From: Euryarchaeota archaeon UBA121
GTDB lineage: Archaea > Thermoplasmatota > Poseidoniia > Poseidoniales > Thalassarchaeaceae
DNA: 64,000 nucleotides
Direction of reading: 5' to 3'
Assembly: GCA_002499865.1 (NCBI GenBank)
Contig: DANL01000059.1
Span: forward strand, 5,460-69,459
Below, one piece after another: positions 56,317 through 64,000 of this stretch. Every line of letters begins with the position of its first letter. The stretch's first letter is position 1. The notes beneath the pieces are model-generated. The model saw nothing but the letters and a program-made list of their open reading frames with translations, had not been told where the DNA came from and did not search any database. The position numbers and the translations under genes are program-made.

Positions 56317-57147
56317 ATGGGGCTATTGGAGAAGGCAGGAAAGATTTCAGAAGAAGACAAGAAGGAAGAAGTAGTCACAAAACCTACCCCCGTTAAGGCC
56401 GAACCTGCGCCTGTATCCACTAAATCAAGACGTTCTAAGAAGAAGCAAGCCAAAGCCTCAGCTAAGAAGAAGGAGCCTCGGAAGCCTAGGGCACCAAGAG
56501 AGAAGAGGCCGAAAGCTCAGCCCAAAGTCATACCTGATGGATATGAGGAAGTGGGAAGCGCAAGAGCATCACTAAGACTATTCGTTGATTTCGCCGTCAA
56601 TTTCGGTTTCATTATTGCAATCTTTGTTGCCTTTGCAATCCTAGAAACTCCTACTACCTTAGCGCTGATTGTATCTATTTTACTCTCAATATTCAATATG
56701 GTTGTAATGCCCATAAGGTTCAGTCGTTCTATGGGCAATGTAATTTCACGTACTCAATTCATTAATTCCAGGGGAAATAATGCTACTTTCATCTATCACT
56801 CTCTCAAGAACACAACTATAGCGTCTTACTTCATATTCCTCCTTGGCGTATTTTTTGGTATTTCCATGCTCGGAGACAGTTCCGGTATAGAGGGCGGAGA
56901 TTTCATGAACGCCTTTATTGCAATCTGTCTTTCAACCATATTGATACCTCTCATGGACTACATTTTCAGAAGGACTAGAGCAGATTCTCTAGGCTTGTGG
57001 GAAGTTGCCTTTGGAGGTATCTGGTTGGTAAAGGCTACCTCGAATTCGGATTCAGATTCTAAATCAAGATTCATGCAGAGGCTAGAATCAATGGCTGAAT
57101 ATGCAGAGTCTCGTGTTGATCTTGATGACGACTCGGAAAAGAGTTGA
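56317..57147 (+). CDS. Membrane protein, possibly RDD-family-like, with Lys-rich N-terminus
   Basis: GAGGTG RBS; LR..VD, S.G..I pattern; about 4 TM helices. Confidence 0.65.
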   Translation: MGLLEKAGKISEEDKKEEVVTKPTPVKAEPAPVSTKSRRSKKKQAKASAKKKEPRKPRAPREKRPKAQPKVIPDGYEEVGSARASLRLFVDFAVNFGFIIAIFVAFAILETPTTLALIVSILLSIFNMVVMPIRFSRSMGNVISRTQFINSRGNNATFIYHSLKNTTIASYFIFLLGVFFGISMLGDSSGIEGGDFMNAFIAICLSTILIPLMDYIFRRTRADSLGLWEVAFGGIWLVKATSNSDSDSKSRFMQRLESMAEYAESRVDLDDDSEKS

Positions 57148-57151
57148 TGGG

Positions 57152-59353
57152 TTACCTAACCCTTGAGCCAGAGCCAATATCACCTTTAGTAGTCAGGATG
57201 CTGACATTCCCATCTCCATCATCTGCGGCTAGTAACATTCCTTCGGATAATACTCCTCTAAGTTTCCTAGGCTCTAAATTAGCTACGAATACAACATTCA
57301 ATCCTTCTAAATCTGTAGGATCATAATATTCTTTGAGTCCGGCACAGACAGTCCTAGTTGAATCAGGACCGTCCTGAATTGTTACTACGTACAGCTTATC
57401 GGCATTGGGATGTTCTTCAACAGAAATGACTTTTCCAGTCTTCATCTCGACCTTCATGAAATCTTCAAAATCTATGTAATCAGCTCCTTTCTCATCTTCC
57501 TCGATGGGGTCCCCATTAATATCATTGGCCAATGACATTTCATGAGTTAGAATTTCATCAAGATCTAGCCTGGTAAAAAGAGGCTCTGGTGATGCCCCGC
57601 TCCACTGAAGGTCAAACGAGAAATCTGTCGAACTATCCCATAACTGACTGTCCAGGTCTGTTTTCTCTCCGAGCATTTCCCACAACCTCTCTGATTGAAA
57701 CGGCATGAAAGGCCTTGTACAGATTGCTAATGTTCTACAAAGCCTCCATGAAAGGGCCAGTCCTGAAAGAGAACCATCCTTATCCTGTGACTCTTCGGAT
57801 TTTAGATACTTCCATGGTGCACATCTCTGTAACAGTTGATTACCAATTTGTGCTATCGACATGATCGATCTCAATGCTTCTTTGAACCTCTGCCTTTCCA
57901 TTGAATCTATTGCTGAACGTACGAGATCATCGCACTGTGAGATAATCTCTGAGTGCTTTTCAATATCATCATATTTCAGTAACGGATTCCCCACGCCGGT
58001 TTCCAACCTATTTGTCAGTGTCATAACCCTATGTACAAAGTTTCCATAGGTTCCGATAAGCTCATTATTCACCCTGTCAACGAATTCTTCCCATCTGAAA
58101 TCAGTGTCATGGGTTTCTGGCATATTGATGGATAAGTAATATCTTAGACAATCCGCATCATATCTCTCCAAGAAGGATGGCAACCATACTGCGTGTTTTC
58201 TGCTCTTACTGAATTGGCCTCCCTGCAGCATGAGATATTCATTAGATGAAACATTTGTTCCCAGTACTAAATCGCCTTCAAATGCCTCATCGGTTATCTT
58301 TCCATTGTTATCAGATGCATTAATCCCCATAATGAGTGCCGGCCAAATAATTGTATGGAAGGGGATGTTGTCCTTGCCCATGAAGTAAATGTGCTTCGGT
58401 GAATCGCCACTAGAGCTCTTCTTCCACCAATTTTCCCATGCTGAGTCCCCATCAGGGTGATCATTTGCAGTAGCATATCTTTCGGACCAAATTCTTGCAC
58501 AGGAGTAGTATCCCTGAACTGCCTCAAACCACACATAGATACTCTTTGATGACCATTCATCTCCAGGTAGTGGAATATCTATTCCCCATTCTATGTCCCT
58601 TGTTACTGCTCTTGGCCTAAGGCCCATATTTAGCCAGTTCTTCGTCATTGACCTAACATTAGGCTTCCAAACAGACTGCCTACTAGATGCATATATTTCG
58701 AGACTCTCTTGAAACATATCTAATCTGAAGAAGAAATGATCGGTATCTCTGACTTCTATATCTGCTGTCGGATCTAATTTGGATGATGGATTGAGTAACT
58801 CATGTGCCTCATATGTTGAGCCACATTCATCACATTGATCGCCACGTGCTCCATCTTCTCCGCAAACAGGACAGGTCCCTTCTACGTATCTATCTGGGAG
58901 GAATCTAACTTTCTCTTCCGATATTGAGCAATATTGTTTCATTGTCTGCTTCTGCAACATTCCCGAATCCAATAATTGAGTAAAAACATCACAAACCAAC
59001 TCTTTATGTCTTGAATCTGAAGTTCTGTTGTACAAAGCTCCTCCATATTCGATACCTCTTGAATCAATGTTCTGAGACCAGGCACAACCCAGCTTAGTTA
59101 GAGAGTCCAGAGCCAAATCGTGATATTTGTCTACAATTTCTTGTGGTGAAACGCCCTGTTGCTCAGCAGTAATTGTTATCGGGGTTCCATGTTCATCAGA
59201 TCCACTACACATCAGAACCCTTCTCCCCCTGGCTCTTTCATACCTATACTGAATGTCTGCGGGAAGGCAATTTCCAGCTACATGGCCTAGGTGTAATGGC
59301 GCATTTACATATGGCCAAGCCATGAAAATTGTGACATATTCCGGCTCCGGCAC
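57152..59353 (-). CDS. metG: Methionine--tRNA ligase with C-terminal tRNA-binding (Trbp111-like) domain
   Basis: HLGH, SGSDEHG, Zn knuckles, GKDNIPFH, FSKSR; C-terminal HPNADKL..NLEPRKLRG.LSEGM. Confidence 0.95.
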   Translation of the reverse strand: MPEPEYVTIFMAWPYVNAPLHLGHVAGNCLPADIQYRYERARGRRVLMCSGSDEHGTPITITAEQQGVSPQEIVDKYHDLALDSLTKLGCAWSQNIDSRGIEYGGALYNRTSDSRHKELVCDVFTQLLDSGMLQKQTMKQYCSISEEKVRFLPDRYVEGTCPVCGEDGARGDQCDECGSTYEAHELLNPSSKLDPTADIEVRDTDHFFFRLDMFQESLEIYASSRQSVWKPNVRSMTKNWLNMGLRPRAVTRDIEWGIDIPLPGDEWSSKSIYVWFEAVQGYYSCARIWSERYATANDHPDGDSAWENWWKKSSSGDSPKHIYFMGKDNIPFHTIIWPALIMGINASDNNGKITDEAFEGDLVLGTNVSSNEYLMLQGGQFSKSRKHAVWLPSFLERYDADCLRYYLSINMPETHDTDFRWEEFVDRVNNELIGTYGNFVHRVMTLTNRLETGVGNPLLKYDDIEKHSEIISQCDDLVRSAIDSMERQRFKEALRSIMSIAQIGNQLLQRCAPWKYLKSEESQDKDGSLSGLALSWRLCRTLAICTRPFMPFQSERLWEMLGEKTDLDSQLWDSSTDFSFDLQWSGASPEPLFTRLDLDEILTHEMSLANDINGDPIEEDEKGADYIDFEDFMKVEMKTGKVISVEEHPNADKLYVVTIQDGPDSTRTVCAGLKEYYDPTDLEGLNVVFVANLEPRKLRGVLSEGMLLAADDGDGNVSILTTKGDIGSGSRVR

Positions 59354-59463
59354 ATGGTTAGCGGTCAGTCACCTATTTATGTCGCAATCGGTCGTAAGGC
59401 AACTGGGAGCAGTCATTCGTGTCACGCACATGTTAATTTTCGCTCAAAAGTGAGGAAAGATAG

Positions 59464-60519
59464 TTGGTAGACTACACGCTTATCATAGCCTATTCGGGAC
59501 TAGCTCTTGGAGCGTCCTTCTTGTGCAGTATTTTGGAAGCAGTACTGCTTTCTACAAGTCATGGACATATAGCCGCTCTCAAAGATACTCATCCCAAAGT
59601 GAGCGATCTCTGGTCACAATGGAAAGATGACCCTGAAAGGCCGCTCACTGCAATATTGACTTTGAATACCATAGCCCACACTGTGGGGGCTTTGGGAGTC
59701 GGTGCTGAAGTACAGACCCAGTTCGGTGGAGGCATGATTGTGCACGTGGCAGCGGCTGTCTTAACCCTAGCAATACTGTTACTTAGCGAGATTCTACCAA
59801 AGACTATCGGTGCTCTATATTGGAGGAAACTTACTATTCCATCAGCTAGGATAATGAAAGCTATGATGTTCGCTCTCTGGATCATAGTCAAGCCAATAGA
59901 GATTACAAGGTCTCTTTTACCTGCAGTAGAGACTGAGACTGTTACTAGGGACGAGCTTTCTGTATTGGCCGATATAGCCGAAGAGACTGATGTAATTGAA
60001 GAAGACGAAGAGGCGGTAATTCAGAATCTATTGAAACTAAGGGAAATCAAGGTTAGTGATATCATGACTCCAAGAGTAGTAGTGACTTCAGTATCTGTTG
60101 ATGATACTGTCTCCGATGTTTTAGAGAGAATACCAATAATGGTCCATGGAAGAATGCCCGTAACCGGCGGGAATATTGACGATGTACGAGGAGTTGTACT
60201 AAGAAGTGAGATACTTCGTAGAGCTGCCGTCGATGAGTATGATAAGAAGATGTCAGAAATCTCTAGGCCTGTTGATCTATGTAGCGACAACGATTCCGTT
60301 GACAGGGCATTAGATATTCTCCTTGAGACTAAATCTCAGATTTTAATCGTTAAAGACGAGTTCGGAGGCACTGAAGGATTAGTTACAATGGAAGATGTGA
60401 TTGAAACTCTACTCGGCGTCGAGATAGTAGACGAGTCAGATCAGGTAGCGATAGACGAGGGCTCACATCATGAGGATATGAGAGAACTCGCAAAACAGAG
60501 AGTTGAAGAAAGCGAGTAG
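59464..60519 (+). CDS. CNNM/DUF21 + CBS domain protein (CorB/CorC, hemolysin-like)
   Basis: SFLCSILEA, ILTLNTIAHT, SEILPKT, IMTPR and DEFGGTEGLVTMEDVIE motifs. Confidence 0.9.
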   Translation: MVDYTLIIAYSGLALGASFLCSILEAVLLSTSHGHIAALKDTHPKVSDLWSQWKDDPERPLTAILTLNTIAHTVGALGVGAEVQTQFGGGMIVHVAAAVLTLAILLLSEILPKTIGALYWRKLTIPSARIMKAMMFALWIIVKPIEITRSLLPAVETETVTRDELSVLADIAEETDVIEEDEEAVIQNLLKLREIKVSDIMTPRVVVTSVSVDDTVSDVLERIPIMVHGRMPVTGGNIDDVRGVVLRSEILRRAAVDEYDKKMSEISRPVDLCSDNDSVDRALDILLETKSQILIVKDEFGGTEGLVTMEDVIETLLGVEIVDESDQVAIDEGSHHEDMRELAKQRVEESE

Positions 60520-60523
60520 TGTC

Positions 60524-61081
60524 TTATTCGGGCCTATCGAAGAACTCCCACTGTACTTCAGCTAACTCTTGATTGGTCGATGCTTCCGAATATGCTTCTA
60601 GTGGCATCCTATTCAATTCGAGAAATGCCTCCCCATATGGAAGGCATGATAATATTCTCTTAGCCTGCTCTTTTCTCCCAAGAATGTACAGTGATGATGC
60701 AAAGGCCTCCGCAGTAGAAAGCCTCCCTGGTTTACCCCATGATATTGGATTAGCAGCTAATAGTACTGGAAGTGTCCTACCTTCTAGCCTCGTGTGCTTA
60801 GAAATAGAATCTAATGACTCTTCCAGTCTCTTCCAAGAACAGTCCAGCGCTACGATTGACCCTCCACGTGATACTGACTTCATGTCATCGGGGCCCATCA
60901 GAACCCCACTAGACGGGTCTAGAAGAAATCCTCTCTTAGGAGCTGCACGAGTAGATTTATGCAAAATCGCATGTCCGTGTTTAGAAAGCCTCCTCGCACT
61001 ACATTTCTTCGGATCATCTTGATCTAGGTGGATTACATGCAGAGGAACGTCCTCGAACTCATTCTTTCGCAAGGAACTCAT
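60524..61081 (-). CDS. tsr3: SSU rRNA aminocarboxypropyltransferase Tsr3
   Basis: QDDPKKCSA, LDCSW, R.LP.LLAANP..WG, LSTAEA and FLELN motifs. Confidence 0.92.
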   Translation of the reverse strand: MSSLRKNEFEDVPLHVIHLDQDDPKKCSARRLSKHGHAILHKSTRAAPKRGFLLDPSSGVLMGPDDMKSVSRGGSIVALDCSWKRLEESLDSISKHTRLEGRTLPVLLAANPISWGKPGRLSTAEAFASSLYILGRKEQAKRILSCLPYGEAFLELNRMPLEAYSEASTNQELAEVQWEFFDRPE

Positions 61082-61544
61082 CTAGAGCATCTCCTATTGT
61101 CATACTTCTGCTACTGGGAGTCTTAATGTTCCTCTCAGGTTCTGATATGTTCTCTTCAAAGAGTGAGATATCCAGTGCTTTAGCTATTTTCTCTAGAATA
61201 TTGTCAGCAGGCTGAACTCCCGCTTCGGTTTTCTGAATATCGTTGAGTCGTAGGTTTAGTCTCTTGGCCATTTCTCGTGCAGTCCATCCTTTCCCCTCTC
61301 TTGCATTTTTGATCCTAATATGGAAATCCCTAGCCACTTCTTTCTCCATCTTACTGATATTTTTAGTATATGTTTTTGTTTTATGTGAATCAGGTCTTGC
61401 TACAGTTTGTGTTGCAACTCTTCTTTCCAAGACTGTCAAGTTATTTGATTCGATACATCTTGTACAACATCTTAGCCTAGCTCCTGAAATTTCTGAAAGA
61501 AATGTTGTAACTCTATCCGTCCCACACATTTCACAGGTTGCCAT
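61059..61544 (-). CDS. mbf1: Archaeal multiprotein bridging factor aMBF1
   Basis: N-terminal CEMCG..C..C Zn ribbon, Cro-like HTH, C-terminal TIGD; start trimmed to ATG 61544. Confidence 0.88.
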   Translation of the reverse strand: MATCEMCGTDRVTTFLSEISGARLRCCTRCIESNNLTVLERRVATQTVARPDSHKTKTYTKNISKMEKEVARDFHIRIKNAREGKGWTAREMAKRLNLRLNDIQKTEAGVQPADNILEKIAKALDISLFEENISEPERNIKTPSSRSMTIGDALDEFLAKE

Positions 61545-61613
61545 GCATGCTCCAACGAGCACTCGAACATATGGGTTGGGGTTATTTGAAATCAAATACC
61601 TCTTACGAGACTC

Positions 61614-62828
61614 ATGGCTACTGGCTCGGACGCCCATCGTCAGGAAGACTCCCCCAACACATCCTCAGTTTCAAATCTTCAATCTGAAATCAAGGGACTA
61701 ACAGAAACCGCACAACAACTCCTAACTGATAAGTTACTACTGGAGAGTGAGATATCTCAAGTAAAGAAGCGTGCAAGCCGTCTCGAGGAAGAGGTCAGGA
61801 ATCTCAGAACTCCGCCCATGGTAATAGGACACATACAGGATCTCACTGATGAAGGAGCAATAGTCAGAAGTTCAAATGGCACTGTCTTCCTAGTTTCCAT
61901 CAATCCTCGTATCGAAGACTCGCTATTGATTCCCGGGGCCAGAGTTGCATTAAATCAGGATAATCTATCTGTAATTGAGGTTTTATCAGACTCTTGGGAT
62001 CCGCTCGTCGTTACTTCTGAGATAATTGAAAAGCCGTCCGTTACCTTTGATGACGTTGGTGGACTTGAAGAACAAATTATTCAAATTCGTGAAGCTGTAG
62101 AACTTTCTTTCACAAATCGTGACGATTTCGAGAGATTCTCCATCGACCCTCCAAAAGGAGTCCTGTTAACCGGTCCTCCTGGCACTGGAAAGACTATGCT
62201 GGCCAAAGCCGTAGCAAACTCCACTAATGCCGTCTTCCTAGGTTTAGTTGCCTCTGAACTAGCTCAGAAATACATTGGAGAAGGAGGGAGATTAGTTAGA
62301 GAGATATTCGATCTCGCTAGAAAAAGGGCTCCAGCCATTGTCTTCATCGATGAACTCGACGCCATAGGTTCTAAGAGACTCGACAGTGCAACTTCCGGAG
62401 ATAGGGAAGTTCAAAGAACACTGATGCAACTTCTGTCAGAATTGGATGGATTCGCCCCACTCGAAGATGTCAAAATTATCGCAGCCACGAATAGGCCAGA
62501 GCTTCTTGATAATGCTTTATTGAGGCCCGGTAGATTTGATAGAATAGTTGAGATACCTCTCCCCGACGAGGATGGCAGACTTTCAATTCTGAAGGTACAC
62601 ACCAAGAATACCCCTATATCAGGTAGAATTAAGCTAGAAGAAATCGCTTCTAAAACCGATGGTTTTAGCGGTGCCGAGTTAAAATCTCTAGTCGTCGAGG
62701 CTGGAGTTAGTGCAATATCAAAAGGCAATAAAAAGATAACAAAATCTGATTTCCTAAATTCACTAGAGAAGCTTACACTAAACAGTGAAAAAGGCAGAAT
62801 TGACAACTCTTCCGGACTATATGACTGA
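61614..62828 (+). CDS. pan: Proteasome-activating nucleotidase
   Basis: Coiled coil-OB-AAA+ layout; GPPGTGKT, KYIGEG, FIDELD, ALLRPGRFDR; C-terminal HbYX motif (LYD). Confidence 0.93.
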   Translation: MATGSDAHRQEDSPNTSSVSNLQSEIKGLTETAQQLLTDKLLLESEISQVKKRASRLEEEVRNLRTPPMVIGHIQDLTDEGAIVRSSNGTVFLVSINPRIEDSLLIPGARVALNQDNLSVIEVLSDSWDPLVVTSEIIEKPSVTFDDVGGLEEQIIQIREAVELSFTNRDDFERFSIDPPKGVLLTGPPGTGKTMLAKAVANSTNAVFLGLVASELAQKYIGEGGRLVREIFDLARKRAPAIVFIDELDAIGSKRLDSATSGDREVQRTLMQLLSELDGFAPLEDVKIIAATNRPELLDNALLRPGRFDRIVEIPLPDEDGRLSILKVHTKNTPISGRIKLEEIASKTDGFSGAELKSLVVEAGVSAISKGNKKITKSDFLNSLEKLTLNSEKGRIDNSSGLYD

Positions 62829-62864
62829 TGAGTAATCCTAATCCCTTAATCTCCATGCGAGGCC

Positions 62865-63899
62865 ATGGGCGAACCGTTGATTGAGTGCGTTCCTAACTTT
62901 AGTGAAGGCAGAGATAAAGATGTCATAGACGCCATCATAAATTCCATTACGAGCGTAGACGGGGTAAGCTTACTGGATGTAGATATGGGGGCCGATTTTA
63001 ATCGAACTGTAGTTACTATGGTTGGTGGACCGGAGGCTGTTTTGAAAGCAGCAATAAAATCTACCGGAGTGGCATTAGAACTAATTGATATGTCAAAACA
63101 TACCGGCGAACACGCTAGAATGGGTGCTATTGATGTGGTCCCTTTCATTCCTCTCAGTAACTCCTCAATGGACGAGTGCATCGATCTTTCAGAGCGCTAC
63201 GCTAAGGCAGTGTCTGAAAATTATGGTATTCCAATATTCCTTTACGCAGAATCAGCTAGGAATGAAAGACGTGTAAAACTACCCGATATTAGGAAAGGTG
63301 AGTATGAAGCTCTCAAAGAAAAACTATCCGATTCAGAGTGGAAACCCGATTTTGGTCCTTCAGAGTTCTTACCTCGTTCCGGAGTTACTGCTACCGGAGC
63401 TAGGCAAATTCTAATTGCATACAACGTTAATCTAAGTACACATGATAAATCGCTAGCAAATAAAATCGCTGGAAAAATTCGTACAAGCGGAGTGATTAAG
63501 AGGGATTTTCAGGGAAATAAATTAATTGACTCAAATGGAATTACAATTAGAGAACCTGGTAAATTCAAAGCCTTACAGGCGGCTGGATGGATGTATGACG
63601 AAAATACGGCTCAGGTATCCATGAACTTACTCGATCACACTATTACCGGGCTTCATGATGTTACAGACGCAATAAGGTCAGAAGCCAGTAAACTTGGACT
63701 CACGGTCACTTCAAGCGAACTTGTCGGATTGGTCCCTATGCAGGCAATGATTCAAGCAGGAATGCATTATTGTCCAGACCCAGAAGAGGCAAATGAAAAC
63801 AATATTTTACAACATGCAGTCGATGGACTAGGATTGGATGGCTTACATGAGTTTGATATCAGTTCTGCCATTATCGAGCTAGCAATACGGGGCGATTAA
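62865..63899 (+). CDS. ftcD: Glutamate formimidoyltransferase
   Basis: IECVPNFSEGR, NRTVVT, H.GEH.RMGAIDVVPF, GAR..LIAYNVNL, QVSMNL and SELVGLVP motifs. Confidence 0.93.
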   Translation: MGEPLIECVPNFSEGRDKDVIDAIINSITSVDGVSLLDVDMGADFNRTVVTMVGGPEAVLKAAIKSTGVALELIDMSKHTGEHARMGAIDVVPFIPLSNSSMDECIDLSERYAKAVSENYGIPIFLYAESARNERRVKLPDIRKGEYEALKEKLSDSEWKPDFGPSEFLPRSGVTATGARQILIAYNVNLSTHDKSLANKIAGKIRTSGVIKRDFQGNKLIDSNGITIREPGKFKALQAAGWMYDENTAQVSMNLLDHTITGLHDVTDAIRSEASKLGLTVTSSELVGLVPMQAMIQAGMHYCPDPEEANENNILQHAVDGLGLDGLHEFDISSAIIELAIRGD

Positions 63900-63900
63900 C

Positions 63901-64000
63901 TTGAATGATGGATATGCCGATGTCTTGTCAAAAATTTCATCCTCCAGTCCTACACCAGGAGGTGGCTCAGTAGCGGCGTTGACTCTTGCTCATGCGCATG
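63901..64000 (+). CDS. Formiminotetrahydrofolate cyclodeaminase (3' partial)
   Basis: Hand translation from TTG 63901: (M)NDGYADVLSKISSSSPTPGGGSVAALTLAHAH, the cyclodeaminase SxxPTPGGGSVAA motif. Confidence 0.8.
   Translation, partial: MNDGYADVLSKISSSSPTPGGGSVAALTLAHAH

Noticed and set aside
1-64000. tRNA/rRNA genes, integrases, transposases or defence systems
   Set aside because: Intergenic gaps are short (mostly under 130 nt) with no cloverleaf or T-loop signature by eye, and no ORF has recombinase, transposase or defence-nuclease motifs; a covariance-model scan would be needed to exclude small RNAs.

Overview
A gene-dense (~58 CDS) archaeal housekeeping region, most consistent with Thermoplasmatota, probably Marine Group II / Ca. 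Poseidoniales. That assignment is an inference from gene content (archaeal informational genes, Asp-rich TSP3-repeat surface protein, IDI1-GGPP synthase fusion, OPT transporter). It holds the proteasome/exosome superoperon (psmA-SBDS-rrp4-rrp41-rrp42-rpl37ae-pcc1-pfdB), rps12-rps7-EF2, aIF5A, SRP54, three aminoacyl-tRNA synthetases, RNA/translation-factor modification enzymes, archaeal mevalonate/isoprenoid genes, futalosine-pathway menaquinone genes, an archaeosortase with a likely PGF-CTERM substrate, and a very long Lhr helicase. I saw no rRNA, tRNA, CRISPR or mobile element. The standout is a 159-aa ORF (52630-53109, minus strand) that looks like exactly one half of eukaryotic deoxyhypusine hydroxylase (DOHH): an SVDPAPP motif plus two His-Glu motifs 33 residues apart. 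It suggests a homodimeric archaeal DOHH acting on the aIF5A encoded in the same window. All product calls come from motif recognition, with no database search.
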